Assembly: GCA_050084985.1 (NCBI GenBank)
Contig: JBITNC010000001.1
Location: 40,300,001 to 40,364,000, forward strand
From: Nageia nagi
Taxonomy: Eukaryota; Plantae; Pinophyta
Length of the DNA: 64,000 bases
Direction of reading: 5' to 3'
Shown here piece after piece: positions 55,014-64,000 of the stretch. The notes under the pieces are model-generated. The model ran no database searches, was not told the origin of the DNA, and worked only from the letters and a program-made list of their open reading frames with translations. A program made the position numbers and the translations under genes. The first letter of the stretch is position 1. Each line of letters begins with the position of its first letter.

Positions 55014-56432
55014 TAAATAATTTGAGGATTTAGAGACAAAAATAATGCTTTGATACTAAATGAGGAATTTGAAGTCACCACATCCCAAGAATGATGAACA
55101 AGGCATAAATACTTTGATACCAAGTGAAGAATTTGGACCAAATAGGCTCAAGATAAGAACTCTAAATCCAAATGATAATTTTGGAGACTCAAGGATCCAA
55201 GCTCTCATACCATAAAATTTTGCCAAGGTTTTGATAAAATTTGAAGGGTAAGGACTAGATAGATCTTCATGAAAATCAAAATAGTGAAGGAAATGGAAGT
55301 TTTAGAGACTAAATTCTAGAGAAATCCAAAAAAATAATGTATCTTGAAAATACTAGATTTTTGATAGATTGTATTCAATAAGATTTCACCAGGATTTTGA
55401 GAAAATCAATAGTGTAGAATCTACAGTTTAGAGGGTGAGCATGGAAAAGTCCAAATCCTAAAACTTACATGATTTCTAATAAGAACGAGCACTATGACCC
55501 ATAAAAAAATAGTAATAAATGCTTTATTTATTGGTGAAGGTTCAAAATACTTTCAAGATAGACATAAGGGTCATAAATGATATGAAAGTATATAAACTTA
55601 TCAAGATTCATTGAGTAAGATTCTAGACTAGGTATGTTTTGTATTTTGGTATTTCTAAGTGTGCTCTACCAATAAAATGGAAAAATACATATGGCTAGAA
55701 AGGTATTGCAACAAGCAATCCAACCAAGGAGGAATTACATAAAATGAGATTTAGAAAGAAATATCTAGCCCCCAAAAGTAAACTGAACTAAGTAAAGACA
55801 TTTTGATAAATCACAAAATAGCAAGACTATAATATCAAAAATGGGAATAAAAACAAGTACCCATAAAGTAATATGACCTCAAATATTTAAATATCACCTT
55901 ATATTAAAGATAAAATTTTTGCGAGTATTTCTCAACCATATAAGCTTTGAAAAGAAAATACATACCACATAGTCATAAGTTATTGTAGAGAAATTATAAA
56001 TGCTTTATATTCTAGAGCCAAAATGGAAGTAGAACATAAAATTAAGAATCCTCTATTGAGGATGGAATATGAATTCTCTATTTATACATAAATAAAGTGG
56101 AGTGTAGAAGGCTCCATGTGAACTCATGAATTGCAAATTTGTGTAGAAACATAAGTGAAACACCCACAAACATTAGAGAAGGTGGTATGGGCATAAAAAA
56201 TATAAATTAAGGGCCCATAAAATCAAAGAACAATATGGTTGTTAGTGATGAAGTACAAAATCAAATATATCTCATTCAAAGAAGTAGATCTTGAGTATTC
56301 AACACTCAATTATGGTCTTGTAATATACTAAATTTGATAGGTGTAATAGTAGATAGATACTAAAGGTGGTTAGTAGCTATTGGCATTCAAAATTTTATCA
56401 AAATCCAAACCATGGACTATTAAATTCCTTCA
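55014..56432 (-). repeat. 5' LTR of the Copia
   Basis: Adjacent to the PBS; colinear with 49612-51032. Confidence 0.92.
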
Positions 56433-56479
56433 CAATGAATTTTATGATATGTATGTATGCTATGTTTTGGAACATACAA

Positions 56480-57270
56480 AAGGCTCATGTACTCTTTTAT
56501 AAATTATGAGAAATATCATAGGATATGCATAGTATGGGCATGGTCTAGAGGCTCCAAAGTACAATTTATTGGTTTAAGAATAGATTTTAAGGACTATGAT
56601 AATTGCAATGCATTCCAAGAATGGTTGTAGAAAAGAAATTCATCAAACTATTTGAATAAAAAAAAATGTTTATATCAATGATTGCAATGATTATAGGGTA
56701 TTCAAGAAATTAAACTATTTGAAAACACAATTTCTAGGAATGAAATGTTTGTAGGGTATGCAAGAAATGGTTGTAGAAAAGGAAGCCATCAAACTATTTA
56801 AACAAATATAATATCTAGGCACTAATCCAAATGATTATAATGACTATATAATATGCAAGGAAGCCATCAAACTATTTGAATAATTTGAATGTCATCACTA
56901 ATATAGATGTAGGATATGCAAGGAATGATTTTAATAAGGAATCCATCAAACTATTTGAAAAAATAAAATATATGGGTATTAATATTTTAGGCATATAAGG
57001 AATGGTTATAGCAAAGGAAGCCATCAAACTATATGAATAAATCAAAAATGTGGGTATTAATCCATACACAGGGTATGCAAGGAATGGTTATAACATGGAA
57101 GCCATCAAACTATTTGAACAAATAGAATAGTTGGGCATTAATGTAGATAGGAAGCCATCAAACTATTTGAATAAATGGAATATGTGGGATTTAATCAATA
57201 TGTAGGGTATGGAAGGAATGGTTGTAGTAAGGAATCCATCAAACTATTTTAATAAGAGGGATATGTTGGC
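56480..57270 (+). repeat. Tandem array (~9 units, up to ~80 bp each) derived from a PPR P motif
   Basis: Recurrent GG(G/A)TATGCAAGGAATGGT...GGAAGCCATCAAACTATTTGAA. Approximate consensus VGYARNGCSKEAIKLFEQMEYVGINP. Confidence 0.85.
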
Positions 57271-57550
57271 TTCCAAATAAGACAAATGATAAATAACATG
57301 CTAATAATACTAAAATAATATATTGTAGAGTTGTTTTATTAGTACCTTCACCAATTTATAAGTAATGGTGATGAAGTTGTTCACTTTTTTCTTCTCACCT
57401 TCCTTACCTCGTTTATTCATATTTTTTAGTTTTGATACCAATTCATGAATGATTATATACCTATAGTGAATTAAATTACATAATACATGTATGGTATATC
57501 TCTTGGTTGTAAAAGATAAATAGCATGCCAATAAACCCTAGTTGCTACAA

Positions 57551-57581
57551 TGTGAAGTGGTTTGCTTCATACCTTAACTAG
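57551..57581 (+). mobile_element. Putative Helitron 3' terminus (hairpin + CTAG|T)
   Basis: Hairpin TGTGAAGT-GGTTT-GCTTCATA at 57551-57571, then 6 nt, CTAG at 57578-57581, then T. Confidence 0.5.
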
Positions 57582-57669
57582 TTTGTAGGAAATGGTGATG
57601 GAGTTATTCCAACTTATCCACATAAAACACTAACCTCTCTTACTTTCCTCTCACCTCATGGATTTTAAA

Positions 57670-57858
57670 GATTTAAGATATACACAAAATGGGTTTTGTG
57701 AAAAGGATTTACACAATTTTAAGAAGATGCAATTGTTAGGTGTAAAGATAAACTTTGCAACCTTTTCCAACATTAGTACAATGTGTGCTAGCATGGTATC
57801 TCTTGAATATTCTATGAACATCCATAAAATAGTATTTGAAAATGTATTTTTTTTATGA
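57670..57858 (+). pseudogene. PPR P-L motif fragment
   Basis: 'RYTQNGFCEKDLHNFKKMQLLGVKINFATFSNISTMCASMVSLEYSMNIHKIVFENVF'. Confidence 0.82.
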
Positions 57859-59899
57859 TTTAAATACTTTTCCAAATCTTGGGTGAGGCATAAAATTTTG
57901 AAAAGTGTTCACCTAAATGTTTTTTTCTTTTACAAGGTAATTAAATTTTACAATGCATTTTAGCTTCTATTGTATGATATATTAGAGTGGTTTATTACCA
58001 TCCAACAAAAAGCCCTAATATAGTCATATACAATGATGATTTAAAATATCAAAAAATTTTGAAAATTCTATAAAGCCTTAAAATTTACAAGAACCAACAC
58101 AAAGAACCAAGTGCAAATTAAAAAATATTATTGGAATCTTTAGACAAGATGAAAAAAACTAAAAACTCAGTTGCTATTTAAGTAAGATGAAGAATGGAAC
58201 ATAATAAACTACTTTTATCAAAACATTAATTTTAACATTTAGAATAGAAAAAGAAACATAAATTTCATAAAATTTGATGGAATTTAATATGCTAGACCAC
58301 ATATGATAGAATTCCAAGAGCAGATAATAAAATATATGTTGTATTTATATATGATGGATAAGTTATTTATAAATAGTTTTAATGAAGATACAATGTTTCA
58401 TTCCTTACAAGGAAAGAGCATTGATAAATATAATTATTTGACATCATAATTTTTTAGGCAATAAAACTATAAAATTAAAATAGAAAAAAAGGTATTCAAA
58501 AAATTGTACAAGTTAAAGAAAAAATAAGTTTATAAAGTTATTAGTTTAATCAAGGAATAGAAAAAGGTAACAAATAATGTTATTTTAGAAGAGGATTAAT
58601 TTAAGTATGTTTTAAATAATTCCATGATCCCACAATATAAGATATATTTCCCTATGTATGAGGATCAATTGCTACAAATAGTATTAGAATAATGATAAAA
58701 AAGGAAACATATCTTATGGAAGTAGGAATTTGGATGATGGGATCAATAAAGGAAAAGAAGTGATAACGAAAGAAAGAAAAATAAATTTTGGCTAGAATAG
58801 AAAAATAAGAACCCAAAAAAGATGATAAAGATAAGTGTTTTTTGAAAAAAAGGATAAGAATGAAATATACTAGATTATTTAAGGATTTAGATTTATTTTT
58901 GATTACTTTAGTTGATAGAGACTTTATTGAGTAATCCAAAAGCATGTACTTATAAATGGTGTGCCCAAGATATATAGGTTTGAAGATTTTTACAATGATT
59001 ATTAGAATATATGATATATGAAAAAAAAAATTCAAAATGTTGGTGCATATCACTTAGGATTTAATTAATTAAAAAGAAATTGTATTTAATTAAAGAAGGA
59101 TAATGAAGATAAAAGGAATCAACTAATGATCTAGTGCACTTGTAGAATATGAATTTGGGAATTTTTAAAAACTCCTCTCCCATACATTAAATAAAATAAT
59201 ATTGATTCATAATGAGTTTTTTTTTGTTGAATATAGAGATAAGATAAAGAGGCATTATCAATAACATCTCAGAATAGGATCAATTAAGCATTTCAAGTGT
59301 GAGGGTTAAACTAGACATCCACAAAAATATAACAAGTTTTATGGCAATGGAATTGGTTCTTAAGACCCATAATGAGTCATAACCTAGTGATCCATATTCT
59401 ACATCATTATATGTATATTAGGGTTGCATATATGCATTCCATTTCTTACATTTCCATCATTATATAGATTAGTGAATTACATATTATATTATATTGCTTG
59501 CATAATCATTTACATATCATGTTAGTATTTCATAGAATGAATGTCATATCATTTTTTATTTAGCTTATCATTTTCTTATTAAGAGTGAATTTCCTTTTCT
59601 CATCATACATAATTCATTTTATATTAATTAAGAATTGTATAAAATTTTAATTAAATGCTTACATTTAATGAATCTTGTATAAGTTTATCTATATTTTTTA
59701 ATTAATATCATTTTCATGGTTTTTATTATACTAAAATATTAGAAAGAATTAACAACACATGTGAACGTACATCACATAAAATACATAAAAAAATATCAAA
59801 ATAACATATGGGGATTATGGATATAGTGGCTTTGTATTGTACAAGAAAACATATCCTCCTTACTTATCCTCATCATCATGAATTTGATCATAGCCTACA

Positions 59900-60960
59900 T
59901 CATGATCATCATATGAGTCATCCTCCTCCTCCTTAGCTAAATTAGAGTAATTAGGATTATCCCTGTCTTTATAGAAATTATCATACAGATCAAGTGGGGA
60001 AGGTTGTATTGAATAACACCACCTTATGTAAATATTGATAAATCTTCTCCTTGATCTCTATTATATTTAGTAGCACATGATGTATAAACAAGGATTAGGT
60101 ACATTATGTAGGATATTAAATTATTGTAGATGCCTATGTAATCTATAGAGCTTAACCATTTACCTTCAACTATATATCCAACATCAAGTTTGAATTGATA
60201 TGAGCTCATCCTTTCCCCCATCCCGACCTACATTGGAGTTAAAGATATTATAAGTTGTATGCATCACATGATATATCAAATAACCATGACAATATGGCCT
60301 CATACAATATACAAAACTATTTTGTAATTCCACAACTTATAAGTTGTTTAACATTTTTCCCAACCTTTCATATTGTGATATTATCTCCAGATTTTATCCT
60401 CATTTTTGAGTCTATATATGTTTGTATGACCATGCATGTAGTATAAATCTATGCATGATAATGCAACCATTTCAATCTACTACCATAAACTCATGAAGGT
60501 CATAATATTGCTTGACTAGAATAGCTGGCACCCAAGCATACGTCACCCTATAAAGTACCATATCTTACATGATGTGGACCATTCAAATTAGGAATTTCTT
60601 CTAGATATCTTATATAGGTGTAAGAACATATTGATTAGTACTACTATGAGGATTTTAAGTTGAATATGCTCATCATGATTTGATATATATGTATAGTGTA
60701 GATAAAATTATCTCTTAAATATATCCTAGAGTTTGACCCTATCAACTAAAAGGAGAGTGTCTCTCTCTTCATCATAGATGAGATTATCATTTTATGCACT
60801 AGTTTATCCTTGATGGGGATGCACATTGTCCAATATCATTTTCATCTCTCTAATGGGAAAATGGAATATGTAGGAGTCTATATTCCATCGCTCTAAATAA
60901 ATTGTAGGTACATTGTAAGAATACCAATATCATATACGAAAAATGATAAATAAATAACAA
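59900..60960 (-). pseudogene. Third, more divergent PMD-domain relic
   Basis: Minus strand 'ERWNIDSYIFHFPIREMKMILD' (~60827-60893) and 'YAWVPAILVKQYYDLHEF...LHAWSYKHI' (~60413-60540). Confidence 0.78.
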
Positions 60961-62009
60961 ATATGCAAGTTATAATGTAATCTCTCTCTAGTGATTTCAA
61001 AAATGTGATGGTGAAAATTCATGGTAATTTTATTCTATTTTTAAATTTTTCTTGATATTCTTTTAGAAAATAACTCCATATTTCGTGTTTGATGATGTGT
61101 GAAAAAAATAAAATGAACATGGTATAATGTTTATCAAGCTTTAGAAGCTAACTTTTAAGTGAAAAATCCTAGAAAAGGTGACCATGGTCAATCCTAGAAC
61201 TACCATCGGTCCTTTTTTGGCAAGGTAAGATGCCAAATATTTTAGATTTAGAAGATCCAAATAGTTGCAATTTAGTTCTATTATTAATTTTTCAATTTGA
61301 TATTAGTTTAATAAGTAAGATCAAATGTCAAGGAGTTATTGAAAATTTGTTAAGAAAATCATCAAAAAAATATTAGAAAATCATCACAAAGTTGTTTAGT
61401 AATCAAAATTAGTCAAAATGAGATGAATTCAAAAATTTAAATTGAGGACCTAGTTTGAAAACATGAAAAAGGAACCTAAGGAAAATTTTAGGATCTTAGG
61501 GCAAGAAAATAGGACTATGGTTGGTTCTCACATTGTGAATGACCATCTTATTATAAAATTCTTAGGTGAAATTTTAAGAGCGAGCTCAGTTTCAGCTCAA
61601 CATGGTAGTTACAAAATTAGAATTTCATTTAAAATAACCCTTCAAGATTAGTAAAAGTTTATTCATCAATTAATATCACCATTTGAGGTAAAATTTAGGT
61701 AAAATCTTATATTTCTTATAAATTTTAATTAAATTTTGCTATAAATTAAATGTTATATCTTATCAAATGAATATCACCCTTTTAGTTGAATATCAATGAA
61801 ATTGAATAAATTTCAATCCCATCCATTTTTCCCTTTAAGGAAACATAAGATCCATATTTTTGATGAATATCATTGACATTGTTATGCATTTTATTTTTTT
61901 AACATTGAATTCCACTCACTACATGAAAATCAAGCTTTAATGGTGGTTGTTTTATGTCAGTTCTCTAATGATGATTTTTACTTATTGTTGGATATCATAA
62001 TAAACAACA

Positions 62010-63200
62010 AATTTTGCAAATGGTTTTAAATCACCATTTTATACAAATATAAAAGACATTTTTTAATGATAGTAATAAACCACCCTAATATATATAAAAT
62101 AATGGTTAAAATGCATCATAAAATTTAACCACCTTAAAAAATAAAAAAGGTTTAGGTGACCATGTTGTACTTGCCCAAAATTTGGTAAAGTGCACATATT
62201 CTAGTGTTTATCATCCAAAATAATAGTAAAAGCACTCCAAAGTTTTTATTTTACTTTGTTTAGAGAGATGAGAGGTGAGCAAGAGAGGTTAGGGTTTCAT
62301 TTAGAATGGTTCCATCACCATTTCCTACAAACTAGTCAAATTACTCAACAAACCACTCAACAATAGTGTAGAAGCCTAAAAATAATTTATTATTTATTTA
62401 ATAAACCATATTTAGACTCATTAAATGATTAATTGGTAATAATACATAAATCAAGATAAATTGTTATTATATTGCAATACCATGTACTAGGACCAATGCA
62501 ATATCATATACCATGGGTTATATTTTAAATTATCTTGAATATAAAAAATATTATTGTTATTGCTATTCATCAAATTTCACTTCATTTTTATTCCTTGTAG
62601 GTTATAAATATGGGAGGTGAAGTTTGACATCCCTATCAGATCTCTCTGATAGGTGGTTTTCCCAAACATCAAACTTATGATGTCTCTTGGTGCCACTTAT
62701 CTTGAGAATTTGTTATACTCTCTGAGATCTACTATCTCTCTCTTGCATGACACATGAAACTGCAAATCCAAAACCATTAGCTACATACTACTTCTATGCA
62801 TCTAGCAGTGTGCAAGATGTCTAGATTTCAAGGAATGACTCATGGTGCTAATTATTTAGAAGATCTATTATGAGATCATATGAAGTTCTATCGCAATCCT
62901 CTAGAGATTTAGTGTTGTTCCATTTTGAGGCTTGTACATTATTTGGTTACTAACCCACTCTGTATTAGGTTTATATGTTTCATATATATTTGTTATAATC
63001 TAATATAGAGATGCTTATCATTATGCTTGTAGACGATTTATTTATTTGTGTATTTATTTATTAATTACACATTTTTGGGTCTATAACTAGATCATTTATT
63101 ATATGTATTTTATTTCTTGTGGATGTCCACTTATTTATCTTATTCAAATAGTTTGATAGATTCCTTGCTACAACTATTCCTTGCCTACCCTACATCTAGA
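62010..63200 (-). repeat. Inverted partner of the 57000-58070 module, including one PPR-repeat unit at ~63143-63195
   Basis: Reverse complement of 62265-62336 matches CTAGTTTGTAGGAAATGGTGATGG...CTAACCTCTCTT at 57578-57660. 62010-62185 matches 57870-58060. Confidence 0.75.
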
Positions 63201-64000
63201 TTAATGCCAACATATTCCATGAAGGAATTTATTGTTCCATATTTTGAATTACAATGGATATTATCTTTCAAATTACTCATCTACCAGGTCTACTTCTATT
63301 GCAAGCATGTTTTTAAAATTTTCATGCTTAAATATCTAATCTTTATACTGATACAAATCTTATTTTGTACTTAAGCATGGATGCCCACACTCTTTAACTT
63401 TTCCTGGGCTCTCCATTTATGTTTTACCTACATTATCTAAGTAAATTCTTTAAACCGTCAAACCTCTTAGAGTATAAAAAACTCCATTTTCTCATTTTAT
63501 AAATAAGGAATTCATTTCCTATATTAGGTTAATGCTTTTATTGTAATGTAATGCTACCATTTTGGCTCTAATAGAAAGCATGTGTATGTGCTTTGTAATT
63601 CTATAGTGGTTGTGTGGTGTGTTTTAATTTCAAAACTTATATGGACAATAAAAATACCTACAAATACTTGTATGAGTGTTATAAGTATACTCCAATATGA
63701 CATTCATCTATTTGAGGGACTTTTAACTATATGGGTATCTGTTAGATTTTTGTTTTGAGAAATAATCTTACAAATTTTTTGTGATTGTACCAAACTACCT
63801 TACTGTGGATCAATTTGATTTGAGATGCTATAACTTTTATTATAGACCTCCTTTTGGTGTTATTGATTTATTTTTGTAAAGGTGAATTCAATAAATTTCC
63901 AACAATATATAACACACCATACCAAATTGGTGTATCATACTCATAAATCATAAAATACATACCTTAATTTTTTGTAGTCTTGCTCTTGAGGTTTATGGAG

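Larger units (their letters stand above)
49612..56432 (-). mobile_element. Structurally complete, decayed Ty1/Copia LTR retrotransposon
   Basis: TSD CAATG (49607-49611; 56433-56437). Two ~1.42-kb LTRs with TGAAG(G)AATTT...AAATT(C)CTTCA termini. Decayed Met-PBS at ~55000-55011 and PPT at ~51033-51046. Internal gag (CCHC), 'WYLDSGCSNHM', integrase, RT 'QMDVKSTVLNGDL' and RNase H in Copia order. Confidence 0.95.

Noticed and set aside
58652-59053. Hydrophobic 133-aa ORF, and similar F/I/L-rich ORFs such as 12376-12687, 21480-21710 and 56872-57069
   Set aside because: Compositional artefacts of A-rich opposite strands, or antisense to TE/PPR repeats.

Overview
This is a very AT-rich, CpG-depleted plant heterochromatic window, probably gymnosperm (inferred from IFG7-like Gypsy and PLS-PPR sequence style). 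I find no intact host gene. It is a nest of decayed LTR retrotransposons. (1) Reina/IFG-like chromovirus, 1-4797 (+). (2) A Tat/Ogre-like element primed by tRNA-Trp, with termini at 8491 and 42064 flanked by a GGAAT target-site duplication (TSD). It encloses a tandem pair of CRM-like Gypsy elements that both lack RT/RNase H through the same in-frame deletion (9831-20146), a Copia RT-RNase H fragment, an IFG7-like Gypsy (-), and an inverted pol-less relative with gag plus an antisense plant mobile domain (PMD). (3) A structurally complete but decayed Copia, 49612-56432 (-), TSD CAATG, whose LTRs each carry an internal array of 'LTR end + PBS' units. (4) A mosaic of PLS/DYW PPR fragments (44660-63230), including a tandem array of a truncated PPR motif, a Helitron-like 3' end and an inverted partner module. 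All calls were read by eye. Identities are estimates and boundaries are approximate unless a TSD or terminus is quoted.
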